Below, piece by piece: positions 1 through 10,847 of a DNA stretch of 64,000 nucleotides. A program made the position numbers and the translations under genes. The notes below the pieces were generated by a model. It had not been told where the DNA came from. It saw nothing but the letters and a program-made list of their open reading frames with translations, and did not search any database. The stretch is from NCBI GenBank assembly GCA_019828565.1, contig JAHDYR010000025.1, forward strand, positions 806,001 through 870,000. Reading direction: 5' to 3'. Origin of the DNA: Carpediemonas membranifera BICM (taxonomy: Eukaryota; Protista; Fornicata). The first letter of the stretch is position 1, and every line of letters begins with the position of its first letter.

Positions 1-2
1 TC

Positions 3-1073
3 ACCCCCCTCGGCCTGGTCACTCTCAAGGCCCTCCAGCTCATGGAACGGTGGCACCATTACTCACACTCGGAGAGCCTCACCCCCGCCATGGTCAAGGC
101 GCTGCACGCCATGCCCGGCCTGCCCATGGTCCCTCGCATGGTTGCCCGGGCGATCGAGGACATCGAGCTGCTCAGCATTGAGCATTTCGCCCATGCCGTG
201 GCCGATGCCGTCGACGACGACGCACTCGTCGCTGCTGTTGCTGCCATCCGCCCGACTACCGCGGACCGGGCCGAGGAGCCGCCCATAGAGGAGCACCGCC
301 AGTCCGTGCCCCCCAGCGCCGCGGACACCATCGCTGCCGTGCACATCCCCACCGCCCCAGGCAACGTGGTGAGGCACATCCTCACAGAGCTCCTGCGCCG
401 CCACGTGGCCCTCCAGCCCCTCAGCGACAAGCTGGACAAGCGCCTCCACATGATGCTCTCCCTCGAGCAGCACTGGGGCGCCCTCGACAAGCTGATGGAC
501 TTGGTCGACGTACCTGAGTCGGTTATCGCTGAGAGACTGCTCGCTGGCATCTACGCGGCCGTCGGTCTCGTCGAAGAGCACAGGGTTCTCCACGAACGTG
601 CGCTCGTGTGGCTCGACGCAGGCTGGCACCTCGTCAAGGACCGCAATATCGAGAAGATCCAGGCCGCTTTCGCCGAGCAGGCGCACGATGACCGCAAGGT
701 TGAGTGTATCCTGATGTCGATCATGGGCGATGTCATGTCTGATCTTATCCAAGGCGACCGTGTGGTCGATGACCAAAAGATCGAATCACTCCTCGTCCCC
801 ATCCTGAACGAGGGCGAGATCAACGGCACGAGCTTCCTCAGCCAGCTCCGGGTCGACCTTGCTAAGCCAGGCCGTAAGCACCTCGCCACGGTCCTGCTGC
901 CCCTCATCCCAGATCTGTGTCTGCCCGCGCAGATTAACTACCCCGTCCCCGGCGCCCTCGAGCTGGCCAACCCCGACCGCGTGCGGAGCGAGGCGCTCAG
1001 CCTGGCTCGGGCGGTGATGGTGGAGGAGGACTCGATCGCTGACTACGAGACTCAGTTTACATACTCGCTATAA
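3..1073 (+). CDS. 3' part of a hypothetical helical protein (5' end outside window)
   Basis: The ORF 42..1073 frame stays open back to position 3 (TPLGLVTLKALQLM...). Codon usage is GC3-rich like neighbouring genes and it ends TAA followed by ATG. No recognisable motif. Confidence 0.7.
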   Translation, partial: TPLGLVTLKALQLMERWHHYSHSESLTPAMVKALHAMPGLPMVPRMVARAIEDIELLSIEHFAHAVADAVDDDALVAAVAAIRPTTADRAEEPPIEEHRQSVPPSAADTIAAVHIPTAPGNVVRHILTELLRRHVALQPLSDKLDKRLHMMLSLEQHWGALDKLMDLVDVPESVIAERLLAGIYAAVGLVEEHRVLHERALVWLDAGWHLVKDRNIEKIQAAFAEQAHDDRKVECILMSIMGDVMSDLIQGDRVVDDQKIESLLVPILNEGEINGTSFLSQLRVDLAKPGRKHLATVLLPLIPDLCLPAQINYPVPGALELANPDRVRSEALSLARAVMVEEDSIADYETQFTYSL

Positions 1074-1431
1074 ATGATATATAACAGTTGGATGCACATG
1101 GAGGCGGGCTAGCGTATATCGGGACTGGACGGCACAATGGTCTCTTGGGGACGGGATGCCGCGGCACTTCTTCTTAATATCGCGGGGGATTTGATGGAGC
1201 AGACGGTCACACATCAAAACACGATACTAGACTGCAAACCGGCAGATGGTCGACCGAGTTGCAGATGGATGGATGACATTCGATATCACTATGACAAGGC
1301 ATGAGATTGAATTGTGAGAAATTTGGGGAGGCTGGCACGAGGTGTCGGCAGATTGGCTCGTTAACCCGCTCCAAGATGACAAACGTAATCTCAAGTGACC
1401 CCAACCGATCAAAACTAGAAATGATTGGTTC

Positions 1432-4400
1432 ATGAATTCCAACATCATCGTTCCGGCTCTCCCTCCATCTATGACAGTAGAGGACAACTTGGTTGAAGAG
1501 ATGGATAGTTTGCGTCAGGAATATCTTCGGCGTTACAAGAAGCAGAGCGACAACTTCCAGGGAATGAAGACTGAGCGTGATAGCTTCGAGCAGGAGAAGG
1601 TTAGCCTGGAGCAGCAGATCTTGCAGTTGAACCGTGATCATAAGCGCGAGCTTTCCGAACTGCAGCGCCTTGTTGACCGCACCAACCGCCAATCAGCTGT
1701 GAATGACCAAACTCTCCGTTCCAAGGACGCCGAGCTCAAGAAACTCCAGGCCACCCTCCACAACCTCGAAGCAGACACTCACGAGCGCGAGGTAGCCCAA
1801 GAGAAGCTCCTAGCCACCGCCCAGGCCAAGGTCCGCTCAATGGAAGACCAGCTCGCCGCCCGGGCGAACGACCTAAGAAACAGGGACACCCGCATCGCGG
1901 AGCTCGTCAAGGAGAATGGGACCATCAGAAAGCAGCAGGCGGCGGCTCTTGTGCGAACCCAGAAGCAGTACGAGGGGGAGTCCCGCGAGCAGGGTGCGCT
2001 GGTTGATCGGCTCCAAAGCGCACTGGACGACGCTAGAGTCGAGGTGAGTCGGGTGTCAGCCCAGCTGTCCGACGCCCTCGATGAGCGGTCCTCGCTCCAG
2101 GCCGAGCTGGCTGACGGCCAGACAAAGGCTGCTCTGGCGGACGCAGCCCACCGTGACCAGCTGTCACAGCTCAGGGCCGAGCTCGCAGACGAGCAGGGTC
2201 GCAGCAAGATCGCAACCGACCGTGCAACCCACGCTGACGAGGAGCTTCACCGTGTCCGCGAGGAGCTCGACTCGTTCCGTGAACGGAGTATCGCGGACAC
2301 CATGGCCCTAGAGGAGACGAACGAGGGGCTTCAGAAGGAGCTCCGGGCATCCCGCTCGCTGCTCGAGTCGACTACACGGCAGTTCGAGACTCAGGTGGCC
2401 CAGCTGAGGGCGACCATCGCCGAGCACGAGATGGAGATCGAGCGGCTCAGCGACGAGCACCGTACCAACGGCGCGCAGTACGAGGAGCGTCTCTTGGACG
2501 AGCAGCAGGCACACGCCGAGGCGTACGAGCAGCTTCAGCTTGAGTACGAGGACAAGACATCCCAGCTCAACGACACACTGCACCAGCTCGACGTCGCCCA
2601 GTCAACGCTCTCAGACCTCCGGGTCGACCTGGACTCGAGGGACAGGGAGGTCAGCCGCATGCAGACGGAGATCGAGGAGATGGCCTCGGAGCACGCGCTC
2701 AGGGAAGACCAGGCGGCCTCAGAGCGCGATGAGCTAACTAACAGGGTCGCTGCTCTCGAGCTGGACCTCGCGTCGTATCAGGACCGCGTCCAGGCCGCCG
2801 AGGATGCGAGAGGAAGTGCCAGTGATAACATGGCGCAGCTCCACACCGAGCTGGAGTCGACCCAGCGTCAGGTTCAGACGCTGAAGACGAAGATCCAGGC
2901 CCTGAAGGACACCCACGCCATCCAGACGGAGGATCTCGAGGAGGAGCACCGCATGGAGCTCGGGACGGCCCAACGGAAGGCCGACCAGCTCTCCAACGAG
3001 GCGGCCGACCTCAAGGCTCGTAATGAGGACCTTTCCACGCAGGTGGAGCTCCTCACCTCCCAGAGGGACGAGCTGCAGGACACCCTGACGGACGCTGAGC
3101 TCAACAACGCCTCTCTTTCTACAGAGAGAGATAATTTGGCCGACGAGCTCAAGAGAGACAAGGCTCAGTGGCGCAGGACGCTCGAGACCACCGCTACGGA
3201 GCACGCAGTGGAGCTGGAGGAGGCCCACAGCGAGACCAGCCGGGTTCGACTCGAGAAGGACCAGGCCGAGGACGACAGGGCCAGGGCCGAGGCCAGGGCG
3301 GCTGAGCTCGAGGAGGAGCTGGCCCAGGCGATCGCCCAGGCAGAGGAAGCCGAGCACACAGCCGATGAGATGCTCGCACGGGCCCAGGCAGAGCTGAGTG
3401 ACGCGAGCAGCAGGATTGCCCAGCTCACTGAGGCGCTCGAGATGGCCGAGAGACAGGCTGAGACGGCTGAGGCCCAGAGGAAGGCCGACCAGGCCCGCAT
3501 GGAGGCCAGGGCCGCGGAGGAGAGGGCTGGGTTCAACAAGCAGGCGGACGGCCGCGCGGCCAAGGTCGAGACGCTGACCAAGCAGCTCTCAGCCGCCAAG
3601 CGCGACGCCAGAGATGCCGAGACCCGCGCCGCCTCTCTTGCCGATGAGTTGAAGTCAGCCAGAGAGCAGCTGTCCCGCCTCGAGGCCGAGCACAAGGAGC
3701 AGTGTCGCAGGACCGAGGCCGACTCGAAGGCACTCCACCGCGAGCTGGACGAGTCCTGGGAGCTGTTCAAGGAGGAGCAGGCGGGTCGAGCTGCAGACAA
3801 GGCGAGCCTGACCGCAGAGATGGACGCTCTAAGACGTCGGGCAGAGGTTGCTGAGGAGAGCCACGCTATGGTGCAGGCCCAGCTTGAGGACGATGCAGCC
3901 CAGCACGCCCACCAGCTGCAGCTCGAGCAGGACGAGAGAAATGCGCTCCATGGCGACATCGAGGGCCTTGAAGCAGAGCTGAAGGCGACCAAGGAAGATG
4001 CCCAGGCGGAGAAGGACAATCTGATGTCCGAGTCGGCGAGACTCAGCCAGAGGATCGCCGAGCTCGAGGGCGAGGTCGACTCTCTGTCGAAGGAGGCCGA
4101 GTCTCTCAGCAAGGCCCTGGCGGATGCCCAGGACAGCGCGAGGGAGACGCAGGCAAGGCTTGAGGATGAGCTGGAAGACGCCCGCCGGACCGAGAAGAGG
4201 GTCAACACCGAGCTCGCTGAGAGGGACGTCACGATCGCCGAGCTGCACGCCTTCACCGCGGACCACGAGCAGCTTCTGGCCGACCATGAGGAGCTCCAGA
4301 CGAGGTACGATGACCTGCTGAGAGAGCACATGGACCAGACCAGAGAGCTCGACGACACGAGGGCTGAGCAGGACGAGGACCGCAGAGAAGGCTCGGCCAG

Positions 4401-5049
4401 GGTCTCTGAGCTCCAGGGGGAGATTGACGCACTCAAGCGGCAGCTGGGCGATGTCAAGGCGGCCAACCAGACACTCACCCAGACTTACGAGGCAGACTCC
4501 CGCGAGCTCGACTGTAAGCTACAGGAGGAGCGGTCTGGCCGGCGCCAAGACTCCCTCCGCTTCCAGCAGGAGCTCCGCGTGCTCCAGTCCTCTGTGGCCA
4601 CGGAGAAGAGGGCGCTGGAGGCGCAGTATTCGACCACCATGGGCCAGAACGACGCCCGGCTCCAGTCCAAGCTCAGGGCCGCCGAGGCTGAGCTCGAGTC
4701 AACCCGCCGCATGCAGACTGCCCAGCAGCAGCGGGTGGCCGGGGTCGAGGGCAGGCTAACCACGCTGCGGCAATACACTGCCAGGCTTCGGCACATTCTC
4801 GAGAGGCAGGGGCTCGCACACCTCGTCCCACCCGAGCCAGCCGCCTCAACTCTTGGTCAGTCTGCCCCGCGGTCGCCCTCTAGTCGGGATTCCCTCTCTC
4901 GTTCCCAGGATCTGAGCAAGAGCTTGGGTCACACACGGACCATGTCTGATTCTAGGATGTCCAATCAGGCCCGGACGGCGGCTGTCTCTCGCATGACTTC
5001 GCGGGACCTCCACGGGTCGCCTCTGAGTCGCTCCCCGAGCCGCATGTGA
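1432..5049 (+). CDS. Long coiled-coil protein (1205 aa; cytoskeletal/centrosomal-like, no motor domain) with Ser/Arg-rich tail
   Basis: Uninterrupted E/A/L/Q/R-rich heptad sequence over about 1100 aa, with a C-terminal SPSSRDSLSRS...SPLSRSPSRM tail. Confidence 0.85.
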   Translation: MNSNIIVPALPPSMTVEDNLVEEMDSLRQEYLRRYKKQSDNFQGMKTERDSFEQEKVSLEQQILQLNRDHKRELSELQRLVDRTNRQSAVNDQTLRSKDAELKKLQATLHNLEADTHEREVAQEKLLATAQAKVRSMEDQLAARANDLRNRDTRIAELVKENGTIRKQQAAALVRTQKQYEGESREQGALVDRLQSALDDARVEVSRVSAQLSDALDERSSLQAELADGQTKAALADAAHRDQLSQLRAELADEQGRSKIATDRATHADEELHRVREELDSFRERSIADTMALEETNEGLQKELRASRSLLESTTRQFETQVAQLRATIAEHEMEIERLSDEHRTNGAQYEERLLDEQQAHAEAYEQLQLEYEDKTSQLNDTLHQLDVAQSTLSDLRVDLDSRDREVSRMQTEIEEMASEHALREDQAASERDELTNRVAALELDLASYQDRVQAAEDARGSASDNMAQLHTELESTQRQVQTLKTKIQALKDTHAIQTEDLEEEHRMELGTAQRKADQLSNEAADLKARNEDLSTQVELLTSQRDELQDTLTDAELNNASLSTERDNLADELKRDKAQWRRTLETTATEHAVELEEAHSETSRVRLEKDQAEDDRARAEARAAELEEELAQAIAQAEEAEHTADEMLARAQAELSDASSRIAQLTEALEMAERQAETAEAQRKADQARMEARAAEERAGFNKQADGRAAKVETLTKQLSAAKRDARDAETRAASLADELKSAREQLSRLEAEHKEQCRRTEADSKALHRELDESWELFKEEQAGRAADKASLTAEMDALRRRAEVAEESHAMVQAQLEDDAAQHAHQLQLEQDERNALHGDIEGLEAELKATKEDAQAEKDNLMSESARLSQRIAELEGEVDSLSKEAESLSKALADAQDSARETQARLEDELEDARRTEKRVNTELAERDVTIAELHAFTADHEQLLADHEELQTRYDDLLREHMDQTRELDDTRAEQDEDRREGSARVSELQGEIDALKRQLGDVKAANQTLTQTYEADSRELDCKLQEERSGRRQDSLRFQQELRVLQSSVATEKRALEAQYSTTMGQNDARLQSKLRAAEAELESTRRMQTAQQQRVAGVEGRLTTLRQYTARLRHILERQGLAHLVPPEPAASTLGQSAPRSPSSRDSLSRSQDLSKSLGHTRTMSDSRMSNQARTAAVSRMTSRDLHGSPLSRSPSRM

Positions 5050-5173
5050 GGTAAATGTACTTTATGGGTCAATGTGCTTTGTTGGTATCTCCCAAACGAG
5101 AGATCTCCCATTCTGGAGTTTTGTACTTTTTGTCGCAAAAATTTCTGCAGAATACGATTTCATCTGAGCAATC

Positions 5174-6271
5174 ATGGACGTCATTGAATGGATTCAAGGT
5201 GCCATTAAGGACGCCATCCGTCGCGTCTATCTGTTCTTTGCTGTGCTCATCTCGGTCCCCGTGCTCTATTGCTGCGTCGCCACGATTTGCGCCATACTCG
5301 CTGCCGTTTTCCTTGCCACATCCTTCGCAGATCCCAGATCGAGCAACATCCGCGACTTTAATGCCAAGGTGACGAAGTGGAACAGCGAAACTGCCGATGC
5401 GTTCGGCGCCCTCACCTTCACAGTCACCGAGGAGGGAAACTCCTACGCATACACCGCCATGACCCACGTCACCGCAGGATACCCCTCGGGTGTCGATGCG
5501 TTGAGTGGAAGCGACAAGAGCGACGTTGCCGAGATTCCCAAGATTTCCTGGTTCTCTGATGGCGGCAAGGCCTTCAGCACCAACACTGGTCGTAACATTC
5601 CGATGACTCGCACTTTCCAGGGTACCACACACACATACTACGACTCCATCCAGATCCGCAAGGGCACCACGGACCTCCTCGCAAACACTGACAGTGGTCG
5701 GTACAAGTTCACCACTGCTCACAACGGCGTCTACTACGACAAGGGCTCTGTCGCCATGAAGGACTGCCACGAGTCCGCTAAGGACGACCAGTTGGACTGC
5801 TCCGATGTCTGCAAGGACGACTACGACGGGCTTTTCAACGACGACGATGACGCCTGCTACCGTGCCTCACATCTCAAGGTGAGCCAGTTCACTGTCCTCC
5901 TCAACAGCCAGAACGCCCTCTCCGGGTCAGACCTGTCCTCCTCTCTGTTCCAGGAGTCTCTATCACTCACCCCCATCTACGAGGAAGTCAACAACGACGC
6001 GGACACGCGCTTCAACATCGTAGACTCGATGGGGGACACCAACGTGGCTATCATGCGTGAGGACGACCCGATCATCGTCTACCACCTGATGGGGGGCTTT
6101 GGTCTGAGCGCCTTTGTGCTGCTCCTCATCGCTATTTGCTGCTGTTGCTTGAGCGTCAGCTCGTGCTGCTGCATCGGATGCGCCCCTCTGTATGCCCTTA
6201 GCTGCTGCCTCACGACGTCTGGGGGCTGGTCGGCCGCCTCGACATACACTAAGATGCAGAATAGAGAGTAG
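5174..6271 (+). CDS. Membrane protein: N-terminal hydrophobic segment(s), large Cys-containing loop, C-terminal TM with Cys cluster
   Basis: 365-aa ORF. Hydrophobic VYLFFAVLISVPVLYCCVATICAILAAVFLA, loop Cys residues (DCHES..DCSDVCK..ACY), and a second TM followed by AICCCCLSVSSCCCIGC. Confidence 0.75.
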   Translation: MDVIEWIQGAIKDAIRRVYLFFAVLISVPVLYCCVATICAILAAVFLATSFADPRSSNIRDFNAKVTKWNSETADAFGALTFTVTEEGNSYAYTAMTHVTAGYPSGVDALSGSDKSDVAEIPKISWFSDGGKAFSTNTGRNIPMTRTFQGTTHTYYDSIQIRKGTTDLLANTDSGRYKFTTAHNGVYYDKGSVAMKDCHESAKDDQLDCSDVCKDDYDGLFNDDDDACYRASHLKVSQFTVLLNSQNALSGSDLSSSLFQESLSLTPIYEEVNNDADTRFNIVDSMGDTNVAIMREDDPIIVYHLMGGFGLSAFVLLLIAICCCCLSVSSCCCIGCAPLYALSCCLTTSGGWSAASTYTKMQNRE

Positions 6272-6687
6272 GCTTGTAATTGAATTGAATTATAAATCCG
6301 CAATCAATTGATTTGTGGTCTGGTCGCTCACGGTGGCCACTTCTGCTCTCATACACTCATGCACAGTAAATCAAATTTTCATCTGAGGGTTCGTTGTTTT
6401 GTGGACTCTGGGGGCCAGTCAAGTCATCCCTTCCAAAGCCACCAACGTTCTCCGAATGTTTGGTGTTTTGCTGCCTCAGGCTGGCAGGTGCGTATTTTTC
6501 CGAGCCTGTGATACGATTGCGACGATTGCGACCGAACATTTGGGTGAACAATCTCATCGGAAGCTGCTAAATTGTAGATGCCTACGAGTCCATGTCATCT
6601 CATAGTTTACCCTCGGCGCCGGCACCCAACTGCCAGTTTCGCGACCATGACTGCTAGAGTCAAAATGTATCATGTTGCAGGCCGAAC

Positions 6688-8514
6688 ATGGTTGGTCACG
6701 AGGAGACAATGCGGTTGTTGGACGCCCATATTGATAGCATTGAGCATGATATAGAGCAGTTGAATGGAATTACGCTCTCTGATGAGGATATCAATCGTCG
6801 CGTTGCGAGAATTGACGCTTCTCGTGCTCGTCTCGCCGCAATGCGCTCATCAATGTCTATGAGCTGCAGAAACATCCAGCGCGACGCTTTTATCACTGCT
6901 AACTCCCGCATGCCAATCGAATGTGCCAATATTCCCGGCGACATTCCCACACTCATGCGAAGCGCCTTCACCCACGAGTTCGGCGAGGTCATCCCGGACG
7001 ATGACGGCGAAGCCGAGCCAGCCACGGCCGATGAAGTCGCCAGCGCGATCGCTGCCCTCGGCCTACACCATCGCAGCGCCATCGACCTTGTCAACAGGGT
7101 TACGGCGATACTCACGCGCGGGCCCCAGCTGAGCATGAACATCCCTCTGGCGCCCGGCGAGGACCTCCCGCCGCGCATCTTCACCCTCCTGCAGGGTACA
7201 ATATGGGCCCTACTCGTCGAGGCGGGGGCCAACCCAGATATACAAGACCGCTTGCTGACACGATCCCAAGCAATGTACCCAGACGCAACCGATTTGCATA
7301 ACAAGATCCGCAAGGCTCTCACCCCCGAGGCCAGGTGCCTCTGGTTCCTCTGCCGCAAGTTCTTCTTCACGCTGAACGTCGCCGAGAAGGACGGCGAGTG
7401 CTTCGACATCATCAGCTTCTATGGATCGTACCACCATCGCGCATACATGGGCCGCCTCTTCATGCTCCACACCTTCTACCACACGGCATACACCCGGGCC
7501 AGGATGCCCCGCGTGCTTGAGTTATTCAACGATCGGCTGGCCCATGGGGCGGTGACGCCCAAGGGTCTGTGGGGCTGGGGTGAGAACTCCTTCAGTCAGC
7601 TGGGGTTCGAGTCGTCTGGGTTTATAACTCCAACCCGGCTCGACTTCCGGGCGTGTTCAGCGGTTGCCAAGGCCGACTCCAGACTGAAACCCTGGCACAA
7701 GGACAGGATGATCACAGGCATCTCCATGGCGAACGGACACAACTTCATTCTTACCACGGTGGGCGCAGTGATGGCTGGTGACCAGGCGGGCTGGTATGTT
7801 GGCCCAGTGCAAGGCAGCCTCCGCTTCCACCCCGTAGCCGTGCCCGCTGGCTTTGTTCCAGATCACGTCATGAATGAGCACTCGACTGTTGTTCTTTCCA
7901 TGGGGCATCGGCAGATGATCAGCGGTGATAACGACTACGGCCGGCTGGGTCTCGGGCATGAAGAGGGGATGACCGGCTTCGTGGACCTGCCCTTCAAGGT
8001 CGACCAGATCGTCGCTTCAGGCACAGAGTATAACATATTTGTCAGCGGCCGGCAGCTCGTGTTTGCCGGGTACGTACTGAGCCATATTGCCCAGCTCGAC
8101 CTTCTCCCCGAGTTCAGCAGAGGTGACAAGTGCCTAGTCGCCGCAACGCTCCAGTTCCCAGAGCATGTGTCAGGCCTCTTCGTCTGTGATGACTGGATGG
8201 CGTGGGTCGGGGTCGACCGGACCTACGTCTGCCAGGCTTTGACTGGGAGCTTCGAGCGGTCGTTCATGGTGCCATTCGAGGTCACGGCAGCCTCACTCGG
8301 CCGAAGAGATTTCTACTTCAGAGGATCGTCTGGGCAATGGTTTAGGGCTTCAAGTACAGGCGGTGGGGTTGCGACCATGAGTGAGTGGCAGACGTGCTCG
8401 CGTTATGAGGAGATCACTCCCGTCGACGTCGACCCATGGGCTGAGCAGAGTCGAACTAGCAGCCCCGTTTCCCTGAGTGAGCTGGGCGAGGTCAACCTCC
8501 ACGCGTGCAGGTGA
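6688..8514 (+). CDS. RCC1-like repeat family protein, copy 1 (intact, type-A N-terminus, divergent C-terminus)
   Basis: 608-aa ORF with RCC1/BLIP-II-like motifs LWGWGENSFSQLGF and ISGDNDYGRLGLGH. Family core CLWFLCRKFFFTLNVAEKDGE and family end motif ITPVDVDPW are present. Confidence 0.85.
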   Translation: MVGHEETMRLLDAHIDSIEHDIEQLNGITLSDEDINRRVARIDASRARLAAMRSSMSMSCRNIQRDAFITANSRMPIECANIPGDIPTLMRSAFTHEFGEVIPDDDGEAEPATADEVASAIAALGLHHRSAIDLVNRVTAILTRGPQLSMNIPLAPGEDLPPRIFTLLQGTIWALLVEAGANPDIQDRLLTRSQAMYPDATDLHNKIRKALTPEARCLWFLCRKFFFTLNVAEKDGECFDIISFYGSYHHRAYMGRLFMLHTFYHTAYTRARMPRVLELFNDRLAHGAVTPKGLWGWGENSFSQLGFESSGFITPTRLDFRACSAVAKADSRLKPWHKDRMITGISMANGHNFILTTVGAVMAGDQAGWYVGPVQGSLRFHPVAVPAGFVPDHVMNEHSTVVLSMGHRQMISGDNDYGRLGLGHEEGMTGFVDLPFKVDQIVASGTEYNIFVSGRQLVFAGYVLSHIAQLDLLPEFSRGDKCLVAATLQFPEHVSGLFVCDDWMAWVGVDRTYVCQALTGSFERSFMVPFEVTAASLGRRDFYFRGSSGQWFRASSTGGGVATMSEWQTCSRYEEITPVDVDPWAEQSRTSSPVSLSELGEVNLHACR

Positions 8515-8816
8515 TTTATTTTTCTGGCGGGCATAAATGAATGGACTTGACATGTACAAGAATTGTGGGATATTGAAAGCTTTGGCAGTGTTGATCCAGC
8601 AAGCCACGCAGTCTGATTCTCCTGAAGAAGTCTGAAGAAGAGGCGTTCCAGCTGGAGTTTGGACGGAGAGTCGCCGTGGATCCGAGAGGTATGGTGGTTA
8701 TGGTAAATGGGATTTGATTGGTTAAACCAAACGCCAGTCAACACTGGGAAACAAGCTGGTACCTCGACTGTTAACCGGTTGAACACGATGGGTAGGTCCA
8801 CAGTGACCATGCATAA

Positions 8817-10487
8817 TTAATTTTGTTTAGCGATCATAGGTCTACGGGCTGACGTTAAGGGGACGATCTCATACATTCCATGAAAAATCAGCGTCTCGCA
8901 CTCTGCCATCGTTGCTACCCCATCTGACACTCTGACCACTTCGAACCACTGGCCGGTGGTGTCACGGAAATTGTGGGCCCAATCCAATAGAGCTGAAGGC
9001 TTCATCTTCTTGAGTTGTGATACCAAATTCCGTCGCCTCAAAGGGCACGCTGTACAGGCCATTATCGTCGCACAGGTTAGTCTCGCCCCCAGTGACCCAG
9101 ATGAGAGTATCAAAAAACAACTCAAAAACTCCCAGAAGTCCCTTGACCCTCTCTCGGAACCGGAACGGCGTCAGCGTGAGGCACACACCATCCTCGCTGT
9201 ATCCAGGCAGCAGGCCCGACTGGGCGATATGAGGGAGAACTAGGCCAGCGAACAGCAGCTCGCGGCCGCTGAGGAAGACGTTGAAGTAATCATTTGACAT
9301 GATCCGGTCGACCCTGAATGGCAAGTCGACGAATCCAGACATATCATTCTCGTGACCAAGTCCCAGCTGGCCATACCAATTGACACCGCTGATCACCTGA
9401 CGATCGCCCATGGAGAGGATGACAGTGTTCCATGCATGCATAATGTGATCTGGGACAAAGCCATACGGCACGGCGACTGGGTGGAAGAGGTGGCTGTTCT
9501 CCCGCTCGACTGGGCCAACATACCATGTTGAATCATCACCAGTCATGACAGTGCCGACCGGAGTGAAGATGAACGTTCGAGCTCTTATCAGCGACACACC
9601 GGTCACCACCCTGTGCTTCTCCCAGGCGGGCAGGCTGGCCTCGCGCTCGGCGACCTTGGGGCAGGCGGGGAAGGTGAGGCGGGTCGGGTCGACGAACCCA
9701 GATGACTTGAACCCCAGCTGACCATTGTAGCAAGCGCCCCAGCCCCACAGACCCTTGGGGGTCCTGGCGATGTGGGTGTACCTGTCGCTGTAGACCTCGA
9801 GGGCCCTGGGCATCCTGGCCCTGGTGAGGGCGGTGTGCTTGGTAGTGACGAGCATGAAGAGTCGGCCCATGTACATGTGGTGGTGGTAGTATCCACTACA
9901 GCTGCACTGATATCTCTCAGCGTCCTTCTCGGCGACGTTCAGCGTGAAGAAGAACTTGCGGCAGAGGAACCAGAGGCATTTGGCCTCGGGGGTGAGAGCC
10001 TTGCGGATCTTGTCATGCATATCGGTCTCATCTGGCTCCTTCTCTCGAGCCTCGTTCAGCACCCTGTCCTCGAGGTCGGGGTTGGCTCCGCCACCCACCA
10101 GACACGCCCACACCGCGCCCTGGTTCAGCGTGTGCATGGCGACCGGGAGCTCCTCGCCATCCGCGAGCTCGACGTTCATGGACAGCGGGGGGCCGCTGGT
10201 GAGGATCGAGCAGGCGCGGTCGAGGAGGGCTTGCGCGGTTGGCTTGAGAGGGGGATCTTGCAGAGCGTGGCGAGGAGGGATTCGAGAGACGGGGCGCTCG
10301 TTGGTGTAGCAGTGCTATCTGTTTTGTGCATCGAGGGCATCTGTTCGCCGAAGTGTCTGGAGTAGGCGCACTGGAGCAACGAGGGGATGTCCCCAGAGAT
10401 GGAGGCCGTTGCGGTGAGCGTGGCGCGGAATGCGGAGATAAGGGCATCTCTGATGGCCGATGGCGAGGAACTAGCACTGCTCATCAT
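8817..10487 (-). pseudogene. RCC1-like family copy 2 (type-B N-terminus; frameshifts near 10250 and near 9000)
   Basis: Family sequence is split over ORFs 10176..10625 (MSSASSSP...GDIPSLLQCAY), 8962..10179 (core and RCC1 motifs) and 8817..9125 (FRDTTGQWFEV tail). Confidence 0.8.
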
Positions 10488-10847
10488 TTCTAACGCTCGG
10501 TTCGGTGGTTCCCAAGTTCTGACTGACGACTTGCCGACCGCCAACCCCAGCTGCAGGCCTGACGCGACGCTGTGAGTCACAATCACAGCAGCAATGACAG
10601 CAAGACCTGTCTCCCAAGCTGCCAATTGCTCTCCTTAGCTGCCCATCGTCTGATGTCACACCACCAGACAGGCCCAACAAGACCCGAGCAGGCTTTACTA
10701 GGTGGTTCCCCGTGTCCATGGGTCGCCTTCATCCGGGATAATCTCATGCGGCGTCTACCTGCCACCCCCAGGCCTGCCCGGCCCGCATCATGCCACCGCC
10801 GACAGTCTGATCTCTAGTCCATGCCGACTCGACGTCCAAGCACATGA

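Noticed and set aside
1432-5049. Myosin, kinesin or SMC assignment for the long coiled-coil protein
   Set aside because: No motor head, P-loop or hinge motif is present, and coiled-coil similarity alone is non-specific.
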